DNA from: Malacoraja senta
Taxonomy: Eukaryota
Length of the DNA stretch: 64,000 nt
NCBI GenBank assembly: GCA_038087875.1
Contig: CM075989.1
Location: forward strand, 5,642,001-5,706,000
Direction: 5' to 3'
Positions 12,701 to 25,799 of the stretch are shown here, piece by piece; the first letter of the stretch is position 1, and each line of letters begins with the position of its first letter. The notes under the pieces are model-generated. The model saw nothing but the letters and a program-made list of their open reading frames with translations. It was not told the origin of the DNA and did not search any database. A program made the translations under genes and the position numbers.

Positions 12701-13067
12701 CGGTAGACCCTCCCACAGGACCCGCTGAGCCTCCCCGCTGAATCCATCTGCGGAGAGCAGGGACCCATCAAAGGACCGGACTAAAGCACTGATCCTCTCT
12801 GGATCTGTGACAGAGGAGCCATCACCCGCGAGCAGCTCGACGAGCTGTTTGCGGGCTCCCCACCCTTCCTCCAGAGAGAAAAAGAAAGGTGAAGCTCGGT
12901 CCAGATTGTGCAGCATCTGGACCCGCGACGTCATGTAAGCACCGTGGGACCGCTCAGGCAGCAGGTCCCTCAATGCTTCCTTCTTCTCCTGATACTCTCC
13001 CCATTCACAGGAGTCCTCACCAATCCGACCCAGGCGAGACTCTGCATCTAATAACTCCCTCACGAGT
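9770..13067 (-). mobile_element. Tx1-clade non-LTR retrotransposon, 5'-truncated with frameshifted ORF2 (RT), interrupted by CR1
   Basis: Consecutive ORFs give WHPVSLLCTEY, GRSIQDNIHLVRDLI, SLDQEKAFDRVEH, GVRQGCPMSG, SAYADD and LWYRL..LVPP. Confidence 0.88.
11135..11608 (-). mobile_element. CR1-clade LINE 3' fragment nested in Tx1
   Basis: GLSYEERLDRLGLYSLEFRRLRGDLIETYKI...FFTQRVVNLWNSLP with an 8-mer tandem tail. It splits the Tx1 ORF at ACAT. Confidence 0.92.
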
Positions 13068-13689
13068 CGAGGCAGCATCTCTGGCGAAAAAGGCTTGGTG
13101 ACGTTTTGGGTCGGGACCCTTCTTCAGACAAGACACTTCTTCATCCATCCTTTTTCTCCAGAGTCGCAGCCTGACCTGCTGAGTTCGTAGAAATCTGCCG
13201 TTCTTTGCATTCTACAAGCATTCCACCAGACTGTGCTTCTGATTGTAAACTGCAAAGTAGGTAAACAGTGGCATCAAATGACTGTAATTTACACAATATG
13301 CCCCTTCGAATCTGAACCCAGGAAATAAATAGCAGCAAGCTTCCATGAATCCTGCTCCTAATGCCAGACCTGAAAAACCTTCTCTGAACTAGAACGCTGC
13401 TTTCAAATAAGCTCCCACTGAACATCCCTTTGAGCTCTGGAGGAACGGCCTGAGAGGTACGAGATTCTACCGCTCTTTGAGGTTCGACCAGCAACCAAAG
13501 GGACTGGAAACAGCTGCATTCTGACAACTTGCATTGATTTTCCAGACACACTTCATTTCCTTGTGCATGAGGAGAGGACCACAATCCCAGTTACCGGACT
13601 ACTCTCAAATTCTGCTCGGAAGTAGCAACTATTAAACAGATTCTGATCAATTGGTGGCATGGTGGCGCAGTGGTAGAGTTGCTGCCTAA

Positions 13690-15237
13690 AGAGCCTGTCC
13701 CACTGTACGAGGTAATTCAAGAGTTCTCCCGAGTTTTCCCCTGATTCGAACTCGGAGAATGTCCGTAGTGGGTCCGTAGGAATTTGTGGATGTCCTGTAG
13801 CGGCTCGTAATGCTAACGGTAGGTACTCGGGAAATCCGGTAAACTCGTGACGTTTTTTCAACTGTGAAAAATGTCCACGAGTAAAAAAATACTCGTGATG
13901 AAAAAAATGGTTACTTTTTACTCGTACGATCTGCTACGAGACATCCACGAACTCCTACGGACCCGCTAAACGTCAGCATTGCTGATAAATCTAACAGTGA
14001 TTAAAGGACCTGTCCCACTGTACATAGAAACATAGAAACATAGAAACATAGAAAATAGGTGCAGGAGTAGGCCATTCGCCCCTTCGAGCCTGCACCGCCA
14101 TTCAATATGATCATGGCTGATCATCCAACTCAGTATCCTGTACCTGCTTTCTCTCCATACCCCCTGATCCCTTTAGCCACAAGGGCCACATCTAACTCCC
14201 TCTTAAATATAGCCAATGAACTGGCCTCAACTACCTTCTGTGGCAGAGAATTCCAGAGATTCACCACTCTCTGTGTGAAAAATGTTTTCCTCATCTCGGT
14301 CCAAAAAGATTTCCCCCTTATCCTTAAACTGTGACCCCTTGTTCTGGACTTCCCCAACATCAGGAACAATCTTCCTGCATCTAGCCTGTCCAACCCCTTA
14401 AGAATTTTGTACGTTTCTATAAGATCCCCCCTCAATCTTCTAAATTCTAGCGAGTACAAACCGAGTCTATCCAGTCTTTCTTCATATGAAAGTCCTGACA
14501 TCCCAGGAATCAGTCTGGTGAACCTTCTCTGTACTCCCTCTATGGCAAGAATGTCTTTCCTCAGATTAGGAGATCAAAACTGTACGCAATACTCCAGGTG
14601 TCGTCTCACCAAGACCCTGTACAACTGCAGTAGAACCTCCCTGCTCCTATACTCAAATCCTTTTGCTATGAATGCTAACATACCATTCGCCTTCTTCACT
14701 GCCTGCTGCACCTGCTTGCCTACTTTTAATGACTGGTGTACCATGACACCCAGGTCTCGTTGCATCTCCCCTTTTCCTAATCGGCCACCATTCAGATAAT
14801 AGTCTACTTTCCTGTTTTTGCCACCAAAGTGGATAACCTCACATTTATCCACATTATACTGCATCAGCCATGCATTTGCCCACTCACCCAGCCTATCCAA
14901 GTCACCTTGCAGCCTCCAAGCATCCTCCTCACAGCTAACACTGCCCCCCAAATAAAGTGCTGTAAAGGGCCTGTCCCACTGTACGAGGTAATTCAAGACC
15001 GTAGCGGATCGTACGAGTAAAAAGTAACAATTTTTTCCCTCACGAGTATTTTTTTACTCGTGGACATTTTTCACAGTGTTGAAAAAACGTCACGAGTTTA
15101 CCGGATTTCCAGAGTCCTACTCGTACGAGCCGCTACGAGACATCCACGAACTCCTACGGACCCGCTACGGACATTCTCCGAGTTCGAATCAGGGGAAAAC
15201 TCGGGAGAACTCTACCTCGTACAGTGGGACAGGCCCT
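13690..15237. mobile_element. Harbinger-type MITE composite (two inverted copies flanking a CR1) inserted in a SINE
   Basis: Termini AGAGCCTGTCCCACTGTAC and GTACAGTGGGACAGGCCCT; flanks TAA and TTA; SINE halves on either side. Confidence 0.8.
14024..14950 (-). mobile_element. CR1-clade LINE 3' fragment nested in a MITE/SINE cluster
   Basis: ORFs 14574..14996 and 14130..14501 (LQGDLDRL.EW, HLEYCVQF); (ATAGAAAC)n tail. Confidence 0.92.
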
Positions 15238-16590
15238 TTACAGCACCAGAGACCTAGGCTCGTTCCCGACCACGGGTGCTGTCTATACGGAGTTTGTACA
15301 TTCTGCCCGTGACCGCGTGGGTTTTCTCTGAGACCTTCAGTTTTCTCCCACACTCCAAAGACGTACAGGTTTGTAGGCTAATTGGCTTGGTATAAATGTA
15401 AATTGTCCCTAGTGTGTGCAGGATAGTGTTAATGTGCGGGGAGCGCTGGTTGGTGGGCCAAAGGGCCTGTTTCCGCTCTGTATCTCTGAACTAAACAATT
15501 GAAATCTTGCACACTCTCTAATTCCTTATCAGCAATCACAATACATTCTTAAAAGGACTAACATTTAATAAAAGCTACATGCTATCCAATCCCCTATTTG
15601 CATTTATTCTTGGTAAAGATAACTCTCAAGGATTTACAAATCTAAGGATCCCAGCAGTTATCGGGCAACTGAACATCCTACCAACAACTAGAGAGCAGTC
15701 CTGAGCTACTATCTACCTCATTGGACACCCTAGGATTATCTTTGATCGGACTTTACTCGACTTTATCTTGCACTAAATGGTATTCCCGTTATTCCCTTTA
15801 TCATGTGTCTGTACACTGTGGATGGCTCAGTTGTAATCATGTATTGTCTTTCCACTGACTGGATAGCACGCAACAAAAGCTTTTCACTGTACCTCGAAAC
15901 ACGTGACAATAAACTAAACTCAACTCAACCTAAGATAGACACAAAATGATGGAGTAACTCAGCGGGACAGGCAGCATCTCTGGAGATAAGGAATAGGTGA
16001 CGTTTCGGGTCAGTCCGAAGTAGGGTCTTGATCTGTTCCTTCTATCCAGGGATGCTGCCTGTCCCGCCAAGTTACTCCAGCATTTTGTGTCTATTTTCGG
16101 TGTAAACCAGCATCTGCAGTTCCTTCCTACACATTTTGTCAACTCAACCTTGTATACGTCAAAGGATGAATCAATCCGTGATACTTCATTCTCACAATGA
16201 TCCTCGTGCTGTGCAGCAATTTTAACCTTTGTCGTTCTGCAGACAAGATGCATCCTCCAAACAGGGGCAAATAGCAGCAACGACAATAAGCCAGGAGTCA
16301 TCCATTTGTCACCAGAATCCAGAGTGGTTTTGGCTGAAGGGACTGTCTCCATAGTAAAAACAAGTGAATGTGCAAAATGGCTCCATTTGAAATGCATTTC
16401 ACAACAGGACGCAATCTGTTGTACTCAGCTGAAGATAAAAGCCACAGACTAAAAGCATAATTCTGAAGACCAGCAAGCCTGAAATGTGAATGCAGGGAAA
16501 ACTTAACAAGTTGGACGCAGCCTTGATCCAGCGTGTGATCCCAGCAAGGGATCACATTTCAGTGAGATATTAAGGCTGTAGCATGTAGAT

Positions 16591-16985
16591 CAGGGTCGGC
16601 AGCCTTGTTCTGCATAGGGGCCAGGACCCATGTCTGTGAGCAGATGGCGGGCCACATCTATCGCCATAGTGTGACACTTGGTGTTGTTTTTCGCATTAGT
16701 TTTCACGTGTTTTTCCATTCGTTTTCTGCGGTTCCCGGGTCCCTCGCGTGCCCCGGGACTGGCTGCAGTTCCCAGGTCGGCTCGCCTGCCCCAGGACTGG
16801 CTGTAACGCCCAGGTTGCCTGCATGCCCCGGGACTGGCTGCAGTTTCCAGGTCGCCTGTGAGCCCTGGGACTGGCTGCAGTTCCCAGGTCGCGAAAACAA
16901 ATTGAAAATAAAATACACCTGCGGGCCGGATGATTTCGGGATAGGGGCCGCATCCGGCCCGTGGGCCGTAGGTTGCCGACCCCTG
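16591..16985. mobile_element. hAT (Charlie-like) MITE
   Basis: TIR CAGGG(G)TCGGCARCCT; 8 bp TSD ATGTAGAT/ATGTAGAC; internal repeats GGGACTGGCTGCAGTTCCCAGGTCG. Confidence 0.85.
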
Positions 16986-19311
16986 ATGTAGACAGAAACG
17001 AGCACAGGTTTCCAGTGCACACTGTCACAAGTCACACCATTCTGGTACTCAGTTCTTAAAGTTACAGTTGCCATTTTATACACTATTATATATGCATCAC
17101 ACAGGAGGAGGCCATTCGACCCATCATGCCGGAAAAGCAAAATATACTGTCCCTCCTGGAGTGGCAGTGCCAGTGACCATTCCTGAGAGTGAATCCACAG
17201 AGAGGCAACAGGTCCGGATGGAGTCCCTGGCCACTTCCGAGGGACCTGTGCGAATCAGAGCTGGCTGTGGTATTCACGGGCATCTTTAACATCTCACTGC
17301 TCCGTTCTGAGGTTCCCACCTGCTTCGAAAAGACCACTATCATCCCGGTGCCAAACAGTAGCGGTGGCACGGAGGCGCAGTGGTAGAGTTGCTGCTATAC
17401 TGCGCCAGAGACCCGGGTTCGATCCTGACCGTGGGTGCTGTCTGTGTGGAGTTTGCACATCTAAGTCAGTACCTAAGCCACCAAAAGCTTCAATGTGGAA
17501 ACAAAGAACTGCAGATGCAGGTTAATACACAAAAAGGACATAAAGTGCTGGAGTAACTCAGCAGGTCAGGAAGCATCACTGGAGTTTTGGGTCAGGACGA
17601 GGAGTCCCGACCCGTAACGTCACCTGTCCATGTTCTCCAGGGATGCTGCCTAACTGCTGAGTTACTCCAACACTTTGTCTCTTTATTTGTGACATTGTGC
17701 TTTGCTCCATAGACAGTGTAACCTGATGGCACTTATCATCACCCCAGGGAAAAGCCATGGGACTCAAAGGTAATCTCACAGCTAAATATTAACTAAACTG
17801 GAGTTTGCATGGGTTCTGAGATCAGTGCACTCCCAGACCAGAACCAATAAGTGCCGGAGGTAGTGGTGGAAGAATATTTTTGCTTGTAATGTTCAAAAGG
17901 TATTTGGATAAATGCTTGAAGAATAATAACATTGAGAGATATGGAGAAAGAATGGGGAAGAGGCATTAATTAGATTACACGATCGGAATCACAGAGTCAT
18001 ACACCATGGTAACAAACCCCTTTGACCCATCCATCCCACTCTGACCAATAACCACCCATTTACACTAATCCTGTACTAATCCCATGTCAACTAGATCAAG
18101 TCCTGGTGGATTCTCCCTCACGCCCACAAACTAGAAGCAATGTACAGTGGCCAAACTGACCAAACAGTCTGAACAATGGTCCTCACCTGAAACATCACCC
18201 ATTCCTTCTCTCCAGAGATGCTGTCTACCACTTACTCTTTCTGTCCTACCCTATGTCACTTTCCAAAATACACTCGTCCAGAGTAGTTCAGCTTAGAGAT
18301 ACATGGAAACAGACCCTTCAGCCCATCAAGGTCACACTGACCATCAATCAAGAGTCAAGTCAAGAGTTTTATTGTCATGTGTCCCAGATAGGACAATGAC
18401 ATTCTTACTTGCTGCAGCACAACAGAATATGTAAACATAATACAAAACAGAAGATAAAAGTTCAGTGTGTCTATAGACAATAGACCATATATACACAATA
18501 AATAAACAGATGAAGTGCAATAATAATAATAGACTTATTGTTCAAAGCTTATTTGATGTCGTGTTTAATAGCCTGATGGCTGTGGGGAAGCAGCTATTCC
18601 TGAACCTGGATGTTACCTGTACCTTCTTCCCGATGGCAACGGAGAGATGAGTGTGTGACCAGGATGGTCTTTGAGGATGTTGGCAGCCTTTTTGAGATAG
18701 CGACTGCGATAGATCCCTTCGATGGTGGGGAGGTCAGAGCCGGTGATGGACTGGGCAGTGGTCACAACTTTCTGCATTCTTTTCCACTCCCGGACGTTCA
18801 AGTTGCCGAACCAGGCCACGATGCAGCCAGTCAGTGGCCAATCGTCTGTTCACACTCGTTCTATGCTATCCCACTTTCTCATCCACTCTTTACACACTCG
18901 GGGCAATTTACAGAAGCCAATTCACCTAAAATCCCACACGTTGTTTGGATGTGGGAGGGAATAGGTGACGTTTCGGGTCGAGACCCTTCGTCAGACCTGA
19001 CGCGACCCGAAACATCACCTATTCCTTTTCTCCAGAGATGCTGTCTGACCCGCTGAGTTACTCCAGCATTTGGTGTCTATTTAAGATTTATTACCGATGT
19101 ACAGTGAAAAGCTTGGTTTTATATGCTATCCAATCTGAGCAGATAAACTCAAGTACAATAGATAGAGCAAAGGGGAAGACACAGAGTGCAGAATATAGTT
19201 GTCAGCACTGTAGCGCAGCAGTTCCACAGACAAAGGCCAATGTCCATAATGAGGTAGAGGTGAATTGGACAGTAGGTTGACTTATGGAAGCACCGTTTAG
19301 AAGCCTGACAA

Positions 19312-19875
19312 CATAGAAAATAGAAACATAGAAAATAGGTGCAGGAGGAGGCCATTCGGCCCTTCGGCCCTTCGAGCCTGCACTGCCATTCATCGTGATC
19401 ATGGCTGATCGTCCCCAATCAATAACCCGTGCCTGCCTTCTCCCCATATCTCTTGATTCCAATAGCCCCTAGAGCTCTATCTAACTCTCTCTTAAATCCA
19501 TCCAGTGATTTGGCCTCCACTGCCCTCTGTGGCATGGAATTCCACAAATTCACAACTCTCTGGGTGAAAAAGTTTTTTCTCACCTCAGTCTTAAATGGCC
19601 TCCCCTTTATTCTAAGATTGTGACCCCCTGGTTCTGGACTCGCCCAACATTGGGAACATTTTTCCTACATCTAGCTTGTCCAGTCCTTTTATAATTTTAT
19701 ATGTTTCTATAAGATTTCCCCTCATCCTTCTAAACTCCAGTGAATACAAGCCTAGTCTATTCAATCTTTCCTCATATGACAGCCCCACCATCCCAGGGAT
19801 CAATCTCATGAACCTACGCTGCACTGCCTCAATCACAAGGATGTCCTTCCTCAAATTAGGAGACCAAAACTGTAC
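19312..19875 (-). mobile_element. CR1-clade LINE 3' fragment
   Basis: ORF 19612..19854 RT C-terminus and a typical tail. Confidence 0.88.
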
Positions 19876-20559
19876 GCTGGAACAGAGGGGAGGAAGCTGT
19901 TTCTGAGTCAGGTGGTGTGTGCTTCCAAGCTTCTGTATCTTCTACCCCAGGGGAGCAGGGAGAAGAGGCAATGATCAGGGTGAGACAAGTCTTTGACTGT
20001 GTGTTGGCTGCTTTCCAGAGGCAGCGTGAGGTGTAGATGGCGGGTGGGGAGCCGGGTCTGTGTGGCGGACTGGGCAACGTCCACAACTCTCACTGCAATG
20101 TCTTGCAGTCTTGTGGTGGAGCCAATCCATGTTTAGTGCCATCCCCGATACAAATCTGCAGGGGACAGACAGTCTGGGACACTAACTGGCCATTTGGAAG
20201 AGCGGTATGTGAATGACATTGGGTGTTCATCCCCGGAACCTTCGGGCAAATAATTGGCCGCAACCCGCAATGGAATTGGATTCTTGACAGTTTCCATGTG
20301 GCTGTGGGTGAGGTGTGTGCAAGGAATGAGGATTCTGCGAGTGTGTGTGCGTTTATAATTAAGTAAAGAGAAGAAAGATACGCTTGGCGATAGTATGAGT
20401 GGTGAGTCTGAAGAAGGGTCTCGACCTGAAACGCCACCCATTCCTTCTCTCCAGAGATGCTGCCTGTCCCGCTGAGTTACTCCAGCTTTTTGTACCTCTC
20501 TTCAATCTGTGTGACTGTCAGGTTGGCTACAATGCGGTGGCCCGGGGGGGTGAAACTGG

Positions 20560-21785
20560 GGTTGTGTGTGTGTGTCTGTGTGTGTGGGGTTGTGTGTGTG
20601 TCTGTGTGGGGGTGGGGTGGGGTGGAGAGAGAGAGAGAGTGGCTGCAGAGACCGCTGTGTCTGCAGTGCTGCTCTGTGTGTGTGTGTGTGTCTGTGTGTG
20701 TGTGTGTGTGTGTGGGTGGGGTTGTGTGTGGGTGTCTGTGTGGGTGGGGGTGTGTGGGGGTGGGGTGGAGAGAGAGAGAGAGTGGCTGCAGAGACCGCTG
20801 TGTCTGCAGTGCTGCTCTGTGTGTGTGTGTGTGTCTGTGTGTGTGTGGGTGGGGTTGTGTGTGGGTGTCTGTGTGGGTGGGGGTGTGTGGGGGTGGGGTG
20901 GAGAGAGAGAGAGAGTGGCTGCAGAGACCGCTGTGTCTGCAGTGCTGCTCTGTGTGTGTGTGTGTGTCTGTGTGTGTGTGTGGGGGGTTGTGTGGGGGTG
21001 TCTGTGTGGGGTGGGGGTGTGTGGGGGGGGGGGTGGAGAGAGAGAGAGAGTGGCTGCAGAGACCGCTGTGTCTGCAGTGCTGCTCTGTGTGTGTGTGTGT
21101 GTGTCTGTCTGTGTGTGTGTGTGTGTGTGTGGGGTTGTGTGTGGGTGTCTGTGTGGGTGGGGGTGTGTGGGGGTGGGGTGGAGAGAGAGAGAGAGTGGCT
21201 GCAGAGACCGCTGTGTCTGCAGTGCTGCTCTGTGTGTGTGTGTGTGTGTGTGTGTGTCTGTGTGTCTGTGTGTGTGGGTGGGGTTGTGTGTGGGTGTCTG
21301 TGTGGGTGGGGGTGTGTGGGGGTGGGGTGGAGAGAGAGAGAGAGTGGCTGCAGAGACCGCTGTGTCTGCAGTGCTGCTCTGTGTGTGTGTGTGTCTGTGT
21401 GTGTGGGTGGGGTTGTGTGGGGGTGTCTGTGTGGGTGAGGGTGTGGGGGTGCGGTGGAGAGAGAGAGAGAGTGGCTGCAGAGACCGCTGTGTCTGCAGTG
21501 CTGCTCTGTGTGTGTGTGTGTGTGTCTGTGTGTGTGGGTGGGGTTGTGTGAGGGTGTCTGTGTGGGTGGGGGTGTGTGGGGGTGGGGTGGAGAGAGAGAG
21601 AGAGTGGCTGCAGAGACCGCTGTGTCTGCAGTGCTGCTCTGTGTGTGTGTGTGTGTGTCTGTGTGTGGGGTGGGGTTGTGTGAGGGTGTCTGTGTGGGTG
21701 GGGGTGGGGTGGAGAGAGAGAGAGAGTGGCTGCAGAGACCGCTGTGTCTGCAGTGCTGCTCTGTGTGTGTGTGTGTGTGTGTGTG
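20560..21785. repeat. Composite minisatellite, 9 units of ~125-150 bp
   Basis: The invariant core (GA)n-GTGGCTGCAGAGACCGCTGTGTCTGCAGTGCTGCTCT occurs 9 times, separated by variable (GT)n and G-run tracts. Confidence 0.95.
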
Positions 21786-21823
21786 GAGCAGACGCATCTT
21801 ACCGCTAGCTCCAGCTGCGCCGT

Positions 21824-21965
21824 TATATAGTTACCGCTTGCTCCTTCCTCACTGCAGTCCGGACAGCGAGAGTCTCAACTCACCCTCCCGGCACAACTGC
21901 CGGTGACCCGGGACCAGCGCCTCTGCACCCACCCCAGTGTCCGCAACACCTCCGCCACGGTAAGT
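21824..21965 (+). promoter_or_regulatory. Candidate gnrhr promoter and non-coding first exon (~21851-21959)
   Basis: TATATA at 21824-21829, Inr-like CA dinucleotides about 27-32 nt downstream, unique CpG-rich sequence without ATG, and a consensus donor ACG|GTAAGT at 21960-21965. Confidence 0.45.
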
Positions 21966-22292
21966 CAACATCAACCAGTGGAAAGGATAGCCATTGGCAG
22001 TGAATTGACAATGTTCAAGTGAAAAGCGCGTTGATCAAATTAAGAACAGCACAGGGCAACGTAAACACACGCCTATATATATAGGTGTGTGTATGTATAT
22101 TTATATATATATATATAAACGTTATAACGTTATTATATATAACCCTACACACACACACACACATACACATATGTAGGAAGGAACTGCAGATGCGGGTTTA
22201 AATCGAAGATAGACACAAAATGCTGGAGTAATCCAGCGGGACAGGCAACATCTCTGGGTAGAAGGAATGGGTGACGTTTCGGGTTGAGACCC

Positions 22293-22817
<525 letters not shown>

Positions 22818-23334
22818 TTCAGTAAATAAGCCTGACGGGAGAGATAATGACCAAGATGTATTTGAGGAGGTTCAATCACAGTTCAGCCATTTCCACATTA
22901 CACTTGTGAAAAGCAGTGGGGTGAATTGTACTTTGACCGGAGGTGAGGTGGTTTGCGGTGAATTCATCACCGTTTGACCTTAACTCCCGCGATTGCCTCC
23001 ATCGAGCTATTTCCCCGTCGATCTTGCTCCAACGCTCAATCTCCTGCCTGTCTGTCCTAACATTTTTGTATTCATGTAGTTCCCGGTGGAAATGTGTCCA
23101 TGAATGCATTTGTGAAGCTTGTTAGGACATATTTAGAAAGCTAAAGATGTCGATGGCATAACACTAGTTGCAACAGAGTGTGTAAGAAGGAACTGCAGAT
23201 GCTGGTTTAAACCGGAGGTAGACACACAAAAAAAAAGCTGGAGTAACTCAGCGGGACAGGCAGCATCTCTGGAGAGAAGGAATGGGTGACGTTTCGGGTC
23301 GAGAGCCTTCTTCATTACACTCTACTGCATTCTA

Positions 23335-23935
23335 CTGCAGTTGTACAGGGTCTTGGTGAGACCACACCTGGAGTATTGCGTACAGTTTTGGTCTCCAAAT
23401 CTGAGGAAGGACATTATAGCCATAGAGGGAGTGCAGAGAAGGTTCACCAGACTGATTCCTGGGATGTCAGGACTTTCATATGAAGAAAGACTGGATAGAC
23501 TTGGCTTATACTCGCTAGAATTTAGGAGATTGAGAGGGGATCTTATAGAAACGTACAAAATTCTTATGGGGTTGGACAGGCTAGATGCAGGAAGATTGTT
23601 CCCGATGTTGGGGAAGTGCAGGACAAGGGGTCACAGCTTAAGGATAAGGGGGAAATCCTTTAAGACCGAGATGAGGAAAAACTTTTTCACACAGAGAGTG
23701 GTGAATCTCTGGAACTCTCTGCCAGAGGGTAGTTGAGGCCAGTTCATTGGCTATATTTAAGAGGGAGTTAGATGTGGCCCTTGTGGCTAAAGGGATCAGG
23801 GGGTATGGAGAGAAGGCAGGTACGGGATACTGAGTTGGATGATCAGCCATGATCATATTGAATGGCGGTGCAGGCTCGAAGGGCCGAATGGCCTACTCTT
23901 GCACCTATTTTCTATGTTTCTATGTTTCTATGTTT
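23335..23935 (+). mobile_element. CR1-clade LINE 3' fragment
   Basis: ORF 23341..23736; (TTTCTATG)n tail. Confidence 0.92.
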
Positions 23936-24315
23936 CAGACTCGTTAGGGATAAGGGAAACGAGAGATATAGACGATGATGTGGAGAGATAAAGAACAATG
24001 AATGAAAGATATGCCAAAAAAGTTCCGATGGTACAGGAAACTGGCCATTTTTAGCTGTTTGTGAGGTGAAAACGAGAAGCTGGTGCAACTTGGGTGGGGG
24101 AGAGATAGACAGAGAGGGAATGCCGGGGTTACATGGAGTTAGAGAAATCAATATTCATACCACTGGGCTATAAGCTGCCCAAGCAAAATATGAGATGCTG
24201 TTCCTCCAATTACCGTTTTGCCTCACTCTGACAATGGAGGGGGACCTAGGACAGAGAGGTCTGTGTGGGAATGGGAAGGAGAATTAAAGTGTTTAGCAAC
24301 CGGGCGATCAGGTAG
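23935..24315 (-). mobile_element. Penelope-like element 3' fragment
   Basis: Translation PDRPVAKHFNSPSHSHTDLSVLG (ORF 24223..24423) plus a PLE-type UTR. Confidence 0.75.
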
Positions 24316-25598
24316 TGTAATGAACTGTAAACGTGTTGAGCATCCACATCTAAATCTTGCCATCCACACGCCAGTCTCCATCACTAATCCCATGTTATCT
24401 CTAGCTCTGTTTTCCCCATCCACTTTCCTACAGTCATCAGCTTCTTAAGTGGACCAGAACGAACTAATCCTACATCAGCAACAGTGATGAGCGTTTGACG
24501 GTGCTGGGCCTGTACTCGCTGGAGTTTAGAGGAATGAAGGGGGGAACCTCATTGAAACGTTCAGAATAGTGAAAGGCTTGGATAGAGCGGATGCAGAGAG
24601 GATGTTTCCACTAGTGGGAGAGTCTAGGACTAGAAGTCATAGCCTCAGAATTAAAGGACGTTTGGTTTAGTTTAGAGATACAGTGCGGAAACAGGCCCTT
24701 TGGCCCATCAAGTCCACACCGACCAGGGATCCCTGCACATCAACACTATCCCACACACGTTAGGGACAATTTACACATACACCAAGCCAATTAACCTACA
24801 ATCCTGTATGTCTTTGGAGTGTGGGAGGAAACTGAAGATCATGGAGAAAACGTTATTTTAGGAAGGAGAGGATTTGAGTGTAGGGCCCTGTACAACTGCA
24901 GAAACCAGCATCTGCTGTTCCATTCTACATACAATGGACCACCTCTTGCACCACCTTGGACTTGTTTTCCAATTGTGTTTTGCACCACTACCCTGTTTGT
25001 TTTTTTTGCACAGTCTTTTTCATTTCAGTGTCTTATAGAAATCATGTGCAATTTGTGCATGGTTTGTGTTTTGTGTGTTGGGTGAGTCTGTGCCTGCCAT
25101 TTTGCTGCATGCAAGCCTTTCACTGCACCCATATCTAACTTTACTGGTGCACGTGAAAATAATATGGCAGATTCTTCCCTGCTGTTATCAAGCAACTGAA
25201 CCATCCTCTCATCAACTAGAAAGTGGACCCGAGCACCCATCTACCTCACTGGAAACCCGTGAACTATCTTTGATCGAACTTTACTGAACTTTATTAGTTA
25301 GTTGAAATTAGATGAATTTATTGTCGTGTGTACCGAGGCACAGTGAAAAGCTTTTGTTGCGTGCTAACCTGCCAGCAGAAAGACAACATATGATTACCAT
25401 CCAACCATTCGACAGTGTACTGAAATTTAAAAGCATGGGGCGATTGTAATATGTGATTAGATTCAAGTTTCAAGATTCAAGAGAGTTTATTGTCATGTGT
25501 CCCAGATTGGACAATGAAATTCTTGCTTTGCTTCAGAGCAACAGAAGGCATAAATAAATACAGAACAGATCAGTGTGTCCATATACCATTGAATATAT

Positions 25599-25798
25599 NN
25601 NNNNNNNNNNNNNNNNNNNNNNNNNNNNNNNNNNNNNNNNNNNNNNNNNNNNNNNNNNNNNNNNNNNNNNNNNNNNNNNNNNNNNNNNNNNNNNNNNNNN
25701 NNNNNNNNNNNNNNNNNNNNNNNNNNNNNNNNNNNNNNNNNNNNNNNNNNNNNNNNNNNNNNNNNNNNNNNNNNNNNNNNNNNNNNNNNNNNNNNNNN
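25599..25798. other. Assembly gap (200 N)
   Basis: Run of N. Confidence 1.
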
Positions 25799-25799
25799 T

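Noticed and set aside
16225..16560. Possible exon after the acceptor-like CCTTTGTCGTTCTGCAG
   Set aside because: No convincing donor, ORF homology or partner exon.
20560..21785. CRISPR-like array (constant ~37 nt repeat with variable spacers)
   Set aside because: The spacers are homologous GT/G-run microsatellite tracts rather than unique sequences, there are no cas genes, and the context is vertebrate.
20399..21906. Long Cys/Val/Gly- or His/Thr-rich ORFs (469, 431, 364, 290 aa)
   Set aside because: Translations of the stop-free minisatellite in several frames.
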